13,187 bases of DNA from Campylobacterota bacterium (GTDB taxonomy: Bacteria; Campylobacterota; Campylobacteria; Campylobacterales; Sulfurimonadaceae): assembly GCA_034717975.1 (NCBI GenBank), contig JAYEMF010000082.1, positions 1-13,187 on the forward strand, written 5' to 3'. Positions 5,374 to 13,187 of this stretch are shown here, piece after piece. A program made the translations under genes and the position numbers. Within the stretch, counting starts at the first letter, position 1, and each line of letters begins with the position of its first letter. The notes beneath the pieces were generated by a model. It was given only the letters and a program-made list of their open reading frames with translations. It did not search any database and was not told the origin of the DNA.

Positions 5374-7587
5374 CTAAAACCTCATACTCAGACCGGCATA
5401 AAAGACACGACCCGGGTTAACGGTAAGTCCCATATCGCCTGCATTGTACAGACCATCGTCATTTCTGTCCCCGGTAACACGCGGCATCATGTACCACTGC
5501 TCATCAAAGACATTGTCGACCTTGGCAAAGAGTTCTGTATCAAAACCAAGCAGTGCCGTATTGTATTTTGTTCGCAAGTTATAGACTTCATAGCCCGCTA
5601 CTTTTACCTGATTCAGTTCATCGGCATACTGGCTTGATTTGTGAGTAACCTCAGCCGTCAGTGACCAGTTATTCAAGATTTTGTAATCAGCACCAAGATA
5701 AACCGTATGCTTGGATATTCTTGGTACACTATTTCCTGCAAGATCGTATCTATCTACTACGACATCAGCTCCGCGCGGAGGAACTGTTTCATCAAAAACC
5801 ACAAGGGTGTAGTTATCGTAGCGCGTATATTCAGAATCAAGATAGGTATAGGCCAGATCGAACGACAAGTCCTTTGTTCTATCACTATTCAGGCTCAGCT
5901 CCAAACCTCTGTTACGTACATCTGCAAAGTTACCGTACTGAGACGCATAATCAGGGTCTGTCACATAGTTACCACCGTTGCGCACGATCATATCATCCCG
6001 GTTAAGTTGATAGACTGATACCTCGTACTGTATCAGGTCAGTTTTTCCACGATAGCCGATCTCATAGTTATAGGTTTTCTCTGTGTCTATATCTGGATTA
6101 TTTTCATAAACATAACGACCAGAGAGAATATCTCCGGCATAAAGCTGATCAATAGTCGGCACCCTGAAACCTGTAGAGACACTGGTGTAAACGATACTGT
6201 CAGGATTGAACTTGTATACGGCACCTACCCTGTAAGAGAATTCTTCAAAATCTTTATTCCATGTTTCTGATGCTGCCGGGTCAAAGTCATTTGAGTAATC
6301 ATAGTCCAAAGCATCATACCTGGCATTAACCGATGCGACCAACTTATCGGTAACTCCATATTTCACCTCACCGTAGATGGCACGTATCTTTTCCTCAAAA
6401 CTGGTATCGCTGTTAACCTCACCCACAGTGTGGTCTGTACCTCTCCTGTCAGTGTAATCGACTCGATAAACACTGTTTTTATCCTCTTCATTGTTGGCGA
6501 GGTCCAGACCGATCATCGTGGCCAACACTTCACTGTCATTGCGCAACTCCGACTTGATCCCTGTCTGGATGGTATTGGCATAAGCATCATATAAGTGATC
6601 GTCTCTCCCACCATCTCTATCGGTATCATATGCACCACTTTTATTCTCTGTGGTATCTTCATAACGGTAAACCTGCGCCATCAGGTTGGCCGTATCACTG
6701 AAGTCTTTCGAGTAGGTAAGGAAGAACTTGCTCAGATCAATATCATAATCGGTGCTATACCCGACTTCACCTTTACTTTCCGGATTGGTCGCAATCTGAT
6801 CAACAGGATTTCCTAAATCATCATAAACGACAGCAGTAATAGAACCCGAATCATTTTCATAACGCTTCGTCACATCAGCCCCGAAAGTAATATCACTGGT
6901 ATCGTCGATGTAGTACTGCAGTTTTCCGTTAATCGACTTCGTCCAGTAGTCAGAATCTTCCCAGTACCCGTCACTCGCCTTGTAGCTTCCCTGAACCATT
7001 ACGGCAAAGTCTTCCGTACTGCCGTTATATTGGGCCAGGTATTTTTCATAACCGTGACTTCCCTGCTCCGTCGCGATCATCCCTTCATTTTTAGCCTTAG
7101 CTCTTTTTGTGGTAATAACTACCGCTCCGGCCAACGCATCATTACCGTATAAGTAAGAAGCACCACCCTTGATCACTTTGATGCTTTCAATATTATCCAT
7201 ATCGATGTTGACACTACCGGCACGCTCCTGAACAGGAACACCGTCGATTACAATGGCGACACCCGGTTTTTCACCCATATATACTTCTTGACCAATACCG
7301 CGGATATGGATCTTGTTGGAATCGCCTTCGTTGATCCGTGCCGTAACACCCGGGATGGTATTTAAAACATTGGCAATATTTTCCGCGTGGTGCTTCTCAA
7401 TCTCCTCGCCGCTTCTTACCGCAGTACTTGAGACTTCCGTTCTTTTAGACTCGAACCTGTCGTCGATCGTCGATGACTCAACGGTAATCGCATCCAATTC
7501 AACTGCATCTGCAGCATTCAGTGCAGCGCTGCTCCCCAATAAAAAACAAAGCAGCGTAGTACTTTTTGCCAAGTGACCTATTCTCAT
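5374..7587 (-). CDS. TonB-dependent outer-membrane receptor
   Basis: 737 aa with a signal peptide, TonB box (LDAITVES), plug motifs (IPGV, IHIRGIG, IVIDGVP, IESIKVIKGGASYLYGNDALAGAVVITTK), barrel motifs (GFRVPTIDQLY, VDNVFD) and a C-terminal Phe (PGRVFYAGLSMRF). RBS AGGGGAG upstream. Confidence 0.97.
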   Translation of the reverse strand: MRIGHLAKSTTLLCFLLGSSAALNAADAVELDAITVESSTIDDRFESKRTEVSSTAVRSGEEIEKHHAENIANVLNTIPGVTARINEGDSNKIHIRGIGQEVYMGEKPGVAIVIDGVPVQERAGSVNIDMDNIESIKVIKGGASYLYGNDALAGAVVITTKRAKAKNEGMIATEQGSHGYEKYLAQYNGSTEDFAVMVQGSYKASDGYWEDSDYWTKSINGKLQYYIDDTSDITFGADVTKRYENDSGSITAVVYDDLGNPVDQIATNPESKGEVGYSTDYDIDLSKFFLTYSKDFSDTANLMAQVYRYEDTTENKSGAYDTDRDGGRDDHLYDAYANTIQTGIKSELRNDSEVLATMIGLDLANNEEDKNSVYRVDYTDRRGTDHTVGEVNSDTSFEEKIRAIYGEVKYGVTDKLVASVNARYDALDYDYSNDFDPAASETWNKDFEEFSYRVGAVYKFNPDSIVYTSVSTGFRVPTIDQLYAGDILSGRYVYENNPDIDTEKTYNYEIGYRGKTDLIQYEVSVYQLNRDDMIVRNGGNYVTDPDYASQYGNFADVRNRGLELSLNSDRTKDLSFDLAYTYLDSEYTRYDNYTLVVFDETVPPRGADVVVDRYDLAGNSVPRISKHTVYLGADYKILNNWSLTAEVTHKSSQYADELNQVKVAGYEVYNLRTKYNTALLGFDTELFAKVDNVFDEQWYMMPRVTGDRNDDGLYNAGDMGLTVNPGRVFYAGLSMRF

Positions 7588-7617
7588 ATTTAACTCTCCC
7601 CTAAAATAGTTGTTGCG

Positions 7618-7653
7618 ATTATTGCGTGGAAGTGTTAATTATGTGTTAATTAT
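7618..7653 (-). promoter_or_regulatory. Putative regulated promoter of the receptor cluster: perfect 11-bp tandem repeat plus a -10-like AATAAT
   Basis: GTGTTAATTAT twice at 7632-7642 and 7643-7653 (minus strand ATAATTAACAC x2). AATAAT on the minus strand at 7618-7623, 9 nt from the proximal TAACA. An 11-bp period is typical of OmpR/PhoB-family boxes. Confidence 0.65.
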
Positions 7654-7729
7654 TTATTTTTATATTAAGTTAAGACTATAGGATAATTTAAAAGGGTTGT
7701 ATTGAGCATTTATGTAACGCGCCCTGCCT

Positions 7730-10700
7730 TTAAGAGGTAGCGAAATTTTTGTGGGTATAGCTGTACATAACCGGCAGGTAGAGCAGATTCAAGACAGTCC
7801 CCCACGCCAGACCGAAGCCCAACGCTACTGCCAGCGGCTGGAAAGTCGCTGCCTGCCCGGAAGCGAAAAAGATAAGCGAAGAGAGCCCGATAACCGTCGT
7901 AACGGAAGTGAGAACGATAGGTCTGAATCTTCGCCCCGCCAAGACAAATATCTCCTCTTTGACCTTGGCCTGCTTCAGCGTAGACATCATGATGATCCCG
8001 TCATTCACAATGACCCCTGCAAGCCCAAGCGCTCCTATAAGTGAAGGGAGCGAAAGGTTCATTCCCATGATAAAGTGTCCCATAAAGACCCCCAGAAAAG
8101 AGAAGGGGATGATAGAGATGATGATCAGCGTCTGTCTGATGGAGTTGAAAAGATAGAGAATAGAGATAAAGATCAGGGTAACAGAGAGGAGAGTCGCCAG
8201 AACCAGATCGGTTTCAAGTGCTTTTTTCTGCTCAGCTTCGCCTTTGAGCTTCAGCCTGACCCCCTCATTTTTGAGTTTGTCGAGGGTCGGCTGAATCTGC
8301 TCCATCGCCTCCGTTGCCGTAACAATTTTTGGATCGACGTTCGCAAAGACAAAAAAGCTTGTCTCCCCGTCGTCTTTGACCAGTTTTTCCAGAGATTTGA
8401 CCACCTCAAACTCGCAGACATCCTGGAGCTTGACCATTTTATTGTTCTTCAGCGGGATCTGCAGCGTCTGAAAGTGTTCATAATCATCCTGGTTGAAAGA
8501 TCTAACCTTGACCTCCAGCAGGCTCTTGTCGTCAAAAACAACCCCTACCCGCCTGGAAAGATAGAGATCCGCGATGTAGGCACCCACAGACTCTTCAGTA
8601 ACACCGAGCTTTTCACCGTAGGCATTCACTTTGAGTTTGATCTCGTCCACTCCGGTCTTGATGTTGTCTCCGGAGTACTTGATCCCTTCGACGCCATCGA
8701 GGCTTGCTTCGATCTCCCGGACGGCTTTTATCGCCTGCTGATAATCCTCGCTGACCACACCGATGCGGATATCGGCTTTGACATGCCCCATCCGTTTTTC
8801 AACCACCATCAGGTTTTTCAGTTTGAACGCTTTTTTATACCCCTTCTTCTTAAGCCAGCCGCGGAGCTCTTTTGATATCTCCTTGGATGAACGCTCCCTT
8901 AGCCTGTCGGTGTCGTCGTAGTAGAAACTAAGGTAGGGAGTAATGTATCTGTCTAAAAGATTATCGGGTTTCTTTTTATGAAGCTCCACCGTGATATATC
9001 CGACATAAGGGTACATCTCGGCTCCTCCCGTCGCACTTCTTCGGTAACCGGCGGTAGAACTGACATATTGAATGCTAAATCGTTCTTTCTCCTCCAGCAG
9101 ATCACGTTCAAGAGTCTGTACAATGTGCAGAGACTCTTCAAGCTGCATCGCCGAATCGCCTTTAAAGGTGATATCGATGGAAGTGGCATCAAAGGGCTGA
9201 AACATCTGGAATTTCGAACTTTTAATACCACCGTATATCAGTACAGGAACAATAATGACAAAAATGAGCAGAAAACTTTTCTGATAACGGACCAAAGCTC
9301 TTAACAGTGTCGAATAGAGCCGGTTTACCCGCTCCCATGAAAGTGTGCGCGATGTGGGGCTGAGCAGATGCGTGGCGTGGATCGGCAGAAAGATGAACGA
9401 CTCGATCAGCGAGGCGATGACCAGAGCACTGAACGCAATGGGGACGAGCTGTATGATCTCGCCCAGACGTCCGGTTATCATCAGCAGCGGTATAAATGAG
9501 AAGAGTGTCGTCAGAGATGCGATGGTTACGGGTTTTGCCATCTCTTTCGTACCCAGGAAAGCGGCTTCCTTGGCACTGTACCCTTTTTCGATGTACTGCT
9601 GGATATTTTCACTTACGACGATCGCATCATCGACGATAATACCGATGGCGATCAGCACCCCTATAAGCGAATTGATGTTGATGCTGTAGCCCGTGAAATA
9701 GAAATAGATCGCCCCTATGACAAACGAGGTCGGGATCCCCAGTGCGATAATGAACGCCATACGGGCATTGATGAGTGCGAAGGTCAACAGCGTTATCAGG
9801 ATGACACCGACCAGAATGTTGGAGATAACTATATTTAGCCGGTCTTTGATGATGGTGGACTGGTCACGCCTGACATCAAATTCCACGCCCTGCACACTCA
9901 TCTTGTCAATCAGTGCATAGATATTCTCCGAGAGCTTTATCGCGTCACCCTTCGGGTTTTGGGAGATCGCCAGGGTAATGGCGTTTTTACCGTTCATACT
10001 TGCGAGTGTAGAAGAGTCTTCATACCGTTTGCTGACCGTCGCGACATCACTGAGGGCTATCTGAAGATCACCGATATTGAGCATGGTCGCTTTGAACTCA
10101 TCGACATACTTCTTGCCACTCTGCGTCGAGAGGTAGTACTGCGCTTTGGCATCGTCTATCTTGCCCAGTGGAAAGATATAGGAGAGCTCGGAGATCGTCT
10201 TGACCACCTCTCTTAGCGAGAGACCGTAGGCATCGACTTTCTGCTCATCGATCAACACCTCGTAGAACATGTCCGAGTCACCGAATATCGTTACATCGGA
10301 GACATGCTCCATACCCATCAGCCGGGTCTTGAAGCGTTTTGCCAGATCTTTGAGCGCATCCCGCGATATCTCGTTTGAACGGATCGAGAGATGCATCAGG
10401 CTTCTGGAGTGGGCAACACCCCTTACGACCGGTTCATCCATATCACCCGGCAGTGTCGGCACCACAAATGCAATGGCATCTTTGACCGAGTCGAGCAGCT
10501 CCCGTTTGTCTTCACCCTTTTCAATCTCCAGGATGATGGAAAAACGGCCCGGGGAGATAACGGATGTGACGCTTTGCACCCCTACAATATTTTTTGTCTC
10601 ATCCTCAAGCGGCGTCACCGCCATCTTGTTCAGCACATCCACCGACGCCCCGCTGTAACTGCCGCGTATGGTGACCGAATCGGGTTCAATACGCGGCGAT

Positions 10701-10813
10701 ATCTCTTTGGGGGTCTGGCTGTAGGCGTAGATACCTACGGCAAAAAGAAGGAAAAAGAGGGTGTAGTTGATTTTATAGTTTTCAATAAAAAACTTTAAGG
10801 TCTTCTCAAACAT
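7730..10813 (-). CDS. RND efflux transporter permease subunit (AcrB/AcrD/AcrF family)
   Basis: 1027 aa with the 1+5 / 1+5 TM layout and two large periplasmic loops. Motifs AIGIIVDDAIVVSENI, GVIVNDGII and RRFRPIVLTSVTTVIGL. Confidence 0.97.
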   Translation of the reverse strand: MFEKTLKFFIENYKINYTLFFLLFAVGIYAYSQTPKEISPRIEPDSVTIRGSYSGASVDVLNKMAVTPLEDETKNIVGVQSVTSVISPGRFSIILEIEKGEDKRELLDSVKDAIAFVVPTLPGDMDEPVVRGVAHSRSLMHLSIRSNEISRDALKDLAKRFKTRLMGMEHVSDVTIFGDSDMFYEVLIDEQKVDAYGLSLREVVKTISELSYIFPLGKIDDAKAQYYLSTQSGKKYVDEFKATMLNIGDLQIALSDVATVSKRYEDSSTLASMNGKNAITLAISQNPKGDAIKLSENIYALIDKMSVQGVEFDVRRDQSTIIKDRLNIVISNILVGVILITLLTFALINARMAFIIALGIPTSFVIGAIYFYFTGYSININSLIGVLIAIGIIVDDAIVVSENIQQYIEKGYSAKEAAFLGTKEMAKPVTIASLTTLFSFIPLLMITGRLGEIIQLVPIAFSALVIASLIESFIFLPIHATHLLSPTSRTLSWERVNRLYSTLLRALVRYQKSFLLIFVIIVPVLIYGGIKSSKFQMFQPFDATSIDITFKGDSAMQLEESLHIVQTLERDLLEEKERFSIQYVSSTAGYRRSATGGAEMYPYVGYITVELHKKKPDNLLDRYITPYLSFYYDDTDRLRERSSKEISKELRGWLKKKGYKKAFKLKNLMVVEKRMGHVKADIRIGVVSEDYQQAIKAVREIEASLDGVEGIKYSGDNIKTGVDEIKLKVNAYGEKLGVTEESVGAYIADLYLSRRVGVVFDDKSLLEVKVRSFNQDDYEHFQTLQIPLKNNKMVKLQDVCEFEVVKSLEKLVKDDGETSFFVFANVDPKIVTATEAMEQIQPTLDKLKNEGVRLKLKGEAEQKKALETDLVLATLLSVTLIFISILYLFNSIRQTLIIISIIPFSFLGVFMGHFIMGMNLSLPSLIGALGLAGVIVNDGIIMMSTLKQAKVKEEIFVLAGRRFRPIVLTSVTTVIGLSSLIFFASGQAATFQPLAVALGFGLAWGTVLNLLYLPVMYSYTHKNFATS

Positions 10814-10848
10814 TGTTTTCCGCTATTTTTTCTCTCAATATAAGGTGT

Positions 10849-10858
10849 ATTATACTCA
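10849..10858 (-). promoter_or_regulatory. Putative sigma70 -10 element for the RND gene
   Basis: Minus strand TGAGTATAAT, with TATAAT at 10849-10854, about 35 nt upstream of the ATG at 10813. Confidence 0.5.
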
Positions 10859-10882
10859 TCTCGTTATCGATTTACGCCAATT

Positions 10883-12718
10883 TTATTTAAAATCTTTCAA
10901 AGCCGTCTCATACGCCTCTTCAAAGCCGACGACCTTGCCGCCAAATCTCTTGGCGAATCGGGACGCATCTTCTTCAGAGGCGAAGGCATATTTGCTGACC
11001 TCGCTCATAGTCCCTTTTTTCTTGCTGCCGACTACATAATAGGCCTCACTTGCCTCGATGAACCCAAGCCCCTTCGTATCAACTACCCTGATCTCCTCAA
11101 GCGGTTTGCCATTGATGTTTTTCGCTTCGGAAAGACAGTGGATGGAGCAGTACTGCAGCACTTTTCCATCTATCGTCGCGGCATGATTCGTCTTGTAGAA
11201 CATCGGCAGCTTCATCCCGCAGTTGCTGCAGGCGAGTTTATCGCTTCCCGACTGAAGGATGAGAGCCTTTTGCGGCATAACGCTTTGAAACATCTTCTCG
11301 GAGTGGGCTCCGTGACTGCCGTGATTGCCATGACCTCTCTGCGCACGTCCGTAAGTATCGAGGATGTATCCCCGGTAGAAGTTTACAGCGAGGAAAAATA
11401 TGATCAGTGACGCGGCAAATGGAAAAGCCAATATTTTTGCACTCTTTTTTGCCTCGATCAGTGCCATGCGTTTATAGAGAATGATGATTGCCCAGACGAC
11501 ACCGACATACTTTAATAATCCGAACAGATGCACCCACGCATCTTTTCGGCTTGCCAACGGGGCTATATCGACCTCCATGCCGATCCCGTAGGCAAAACCT
11601 TCGACCATCCGCTCAATATTGCTGAGAAACAGCATCTCCATGGTATGACCGATAGAACTGAGTATAAAGAGCGGCGCGAAAGCGTAGCCAAGCGTATAGA
11701 AGACCGTCGAGTACTCCTGTTTGAGAATCTTCGAGGCGATAAACATTCCCGCAATTACAGCCAACACGCTAAAGAGCGTCGCATATAAAAAAGCGAACAT
11801 CCCGATGGCATCAACAGGACCGAAACTCATGAAGCTTTCGAAATATGCCGCCGTCTTCGACCAGATGAACTCGTCGGCAATCTTGCTGCGTCCCAGACCA
11901 TGGTGAAATGCCATCGTGATCGGAATTGCCGCAAGGATCAGGATGTACGCCCACACCTCCGCCTTTTCAATCTTGAAATATGAGAACATCGAGAAGGAAG
12001 GTTTGGTCATCTTGAAGCTCACCGCTTCACAGGCATCAGAGCAGTCCATACAGAGTGTACAGTCCCCCATGGAGTTCTTTTTATCGAAATTGAACGGACT
12101 CAATCCATGCGAGCACGCCTTGGCACACTCGAATGTCTTACACTCGCTGCACGCACTCTCGTAGGTGCCAAGCCAGGTAAAGGAGAGCTTATCGTAAGCC
12201 CGTGTCAATGTACCGATGGGGCAGATATACTTACAGTAACTCATCTCTTTGTAGAGAAAATAGAACAGCACCGCCGTCAATGTCATCACCCCGAACATGA
12301 TTGCCGACCCCAAAGGTGTACGATAGACACCGGGGAACATATAGTAGACGCCCCACCAGCCTATAAAGAGCAGAAAGAGACCGATATAGCGGTTTTCCAG
12401 CCAGCGCGGCATCCGCTTTTTCAGGCCGAACTTCGTAATATAGTGGCCCATGAATCCATGAGGACAGATCCCGCAGAAGATGCGTCCGAACGTCGGCAGT
12501 GTCACCACCATAAAGAGTGACCAGAAAAGCCCCCAGAAGAGCGCCGTGGTAAAGAGGTTCTCTTTTCCTGGAACAGCAAACCCAAGAACAATGGCGTAGA
12601 TAAAAACAGCTAAAACAGCGAGCCGAAGTCCTAAAAGAAACTTCTGGTTTTTGAACAGAAACCCGAGTATGGGTTTTTTATAGATATCATTATCGTCCCG
12701 CTTTATATGCTTAACCAC
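10883..12718 (-). CDS. Membrane 4Fe-4S binding protein (NapH/NosR-C-terminal-like) fused to a C-terminal NosL-family domain
   Basis: 611 aa, GTG start. N-terminal part: GRIFCGICPHG, YCKYICPIG, CSECKTFECAKAC and CTLCMDCSDAC with many TM helices. His-rich linker GHGNHGSHGAHS. C-terminal NosL signatures CSNCGM, YCSIHC, YVVGS..GTM and AFASEEDASRFAKRFGGKVV. Confidence 0.88.
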   Translation of the reverse strand: MVKHIKRDDNDIYKKPILGFLFKNQKFLLGLRLAVLAVFIYAIVLGFAVPGKENLFTTALFWGLFWSLFMVVTLPTFGRIFCGICPHGFMGHYITKFGLKKRMPRWLENRYIGLFLLFIGWWGVYYMFPGVYRTPLGSAIMFGVMTLTAVLFYFLYKEMSYCKYICPIGTLTRAYDKLSFTWLGTYESACSECKTFECAKACSHGLSPFNFDKKNSMGDCTLCMDCSDACEAVSFKMTKPSFSMFSYFKIEKAEVWAYILILAAIPITMAFHHGLGRSKIADEFIWSKTAAYFESFMSFGPVDAIGMFAFLYATLFSVLAVIAGMFIASKILKQEYSTVFYTLGYAFAPLFILSSIGHTMEMLFLSNIERMVEGFAYGIGMEVDIAPLASRKDAWVHLFGLLKYVGVVWAIIILYKRMALIEAKKSAKILAFPFAASLIIFFLAVNFYRGYILDTYGRAQRGHGNHGSHGAHSEKMFQSVMPQKALILQSGSDKLACSNCGMKLPMFYKTNHAATIDGKVLQYCSIHCLSEAKNINGKPLEEIRVVDTKGLGFIEASEAYYVVGSKKKGTMSEVSKYAFASEEDASRFAKRFGGKVVGFEEAYETALKDFK

Positions 12719-12756
12719 TGCCCGCCTTTGAAAAGATCAATTTAAAAAATTGCTCC

Positions 12757-12787
12757 ATTATATTGACCAACTGTTACAGCATTGTTA
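12757..12787 (-). promoter_or_regulatory. Putative promoter of the ferredoxin-NosL gene: TATAAT plus an 11-bp-spaced TAACA repeat
   Basis: ATTATA at 12757-12762 (TATAAT on minus). TGTTA at 12772-12776 and 12783-12787. Same geometry as 7618-7648. Confidence 0.6.
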
Positions 12788-12821
12788 ATTTTCAGTACTT
12801 AACCCCTATCAAGCCCAAGCC

Positions 12822-12830
12822 TGATACAAT
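12822..12830 (+). promoter_or_regulatory. Extended -10 promoter (TGnTACAAT) for the flavoprotein gene
   Basis: TGATACAAT ends 7 nt before ATG 12838. The spacer TCCCTCC has no Shine-Dalgarno sequence. Confidence 0.65.
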
Positions 12831-12837
12831 TCCCTCC

Positions 12838-13187
12838 ATGAAAAGAGTCGCCATCATCGGCGGCGGGGCGGCCGGGTTGATGGCGGCTATTACCGCCGCA
12901 TCTGCCGGAGCCAGTGTCGAGGTCTTTGAGCAGAACAGCCGGGTGGGGAAGAAGATCCTCGCTTCGGGCAATGGACGCTGCAACATATCCAACACCCGCC
13001 TCAGCCAAAATGACTACTTCGGAACACACCCGGAGTTTGTCAATTTCACGCTTTCACAATTTGAATTCAGCCACTTCAAAAAATTCTGCCGCTCGATCGG
13101 TATTCTTCTAAACAGCAAAGAGGACGGCAGGACCTACCCCCTCTCTGATGAAGCCAGATCTGTAGTTTTGGCACTGGAGAGTTATGC
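12838..13187 (+). CDS. HI0933/YhiN/BaiN-family NAD(P)/FAD-dependent oxidoreductase (5' part; runs off the window; absent from the ORF track)
   Basis: Manual translation MKRVAIIGGGAAGLMAAITAASAGASVEVFEQNSRVGKKILASGNGRCNISN...EDGRTYPLSDEARSVV shows the GxGxxG Rossmann motif and the GKKILASGNGRCN family signature. Confidence 0.95.
   Translation, partial: MKRVAIIGGGAAGLMAAITAASAGASVEVFEQNSRVGKKILASGNGRCNISNTRLSQNDYFGTHPEFVNFTLSQFEFSHFKKFCRSIGILLNSKEDGRTYPLSDEARSVVLALESY

Noticed and set aside
5374..7587. Receptor gene looks somewhat more AT-rich than its neighbours (possible separate acquisition)
   Set aside because: This is a visual impression only, not computed. It can be explained by Asp/Asn/Tyr-rich composition and expression-linked codon usage, and no mobility signatures flank the gene.
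7707..7720. CATTTATGTAACGC matches MITE positions 121-134 at 13 of 14 bases
   Set aside because: It is a single short match with no TIR or partner arm, compatible with chance.
7588..7729. Possible Fur/NikR box or cobalamin riboswitch upstream of the TonB receptor
   Set aside because: I see no convincing GATAATGATAATCATTATC-like or NikR-like palindrome. The region is short, AT-rich and lacks riboswitch stems. The direct repeat explains it better.
8075..8875. 266-aa plus-strand ORF and the other antisense or alternate-frame ORFs nested in the long genes (e.g. 663..1112, 1480..1986, 4739..5143, 12107..12520)
   Set aside because: They lie wholly within well-supported genes, have no recognisable motifs, and are typical shadow ORFs.
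12792..13111. Track ORFs 12792..12995 (-), 12799..13029 (-) and 12914..13111 (+)
   Set aside because: They are shadows of the real HI0933-family gene starting at 12838 (+).

Overview
About 13 kb of bacterial DNA, probably Campylobacterota (Sulfurimonas/Sulfurovum-like). That assignment is an inference from protein style and from promoters with a -10 box but no -35 box. Almost all genes lie on the minus strand. From right to left: a NapH-like membrane polyferredoxin fused to a NosL domain (10883-12718), then a stand-alone RND permease (7730-10813), then a six-gene cluster. The cluster encodes a TonB-dependent receptor, a membrane-anchored exported DUF4198-like protein, a second NapH-like polyferredoxin, a single-subunit 2-hydroxyacyl-CoA-dehydratase-family (double-cubane/DCCP-like) Fe-S protein, its ATP-dependent activase and a DsbD/CcdA-like membrane protein. 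This coupling of outer-membrane uptake with an ATP-driven low-potential reductase is the best candidate for an undescribed system. Its promoter and the promoter of the NosL fusion share the same layout (TAACA-N6-TAACA, 9 nt, then -10), suggesting one regulon. At the left end, a 267-bp MITE (31-bp perfect TIRs, TTAT duplication, cruciform interior) sits in the signal-peptide region of a small Gly/Gln-rich secreted-protein gene. At the right end, a divergent, apparently leaderless HI0933/BaiN-family flavoprotein gene runs off the window and is missing from the ORF track. All family assignments come from motif recognition; no database searches were run.
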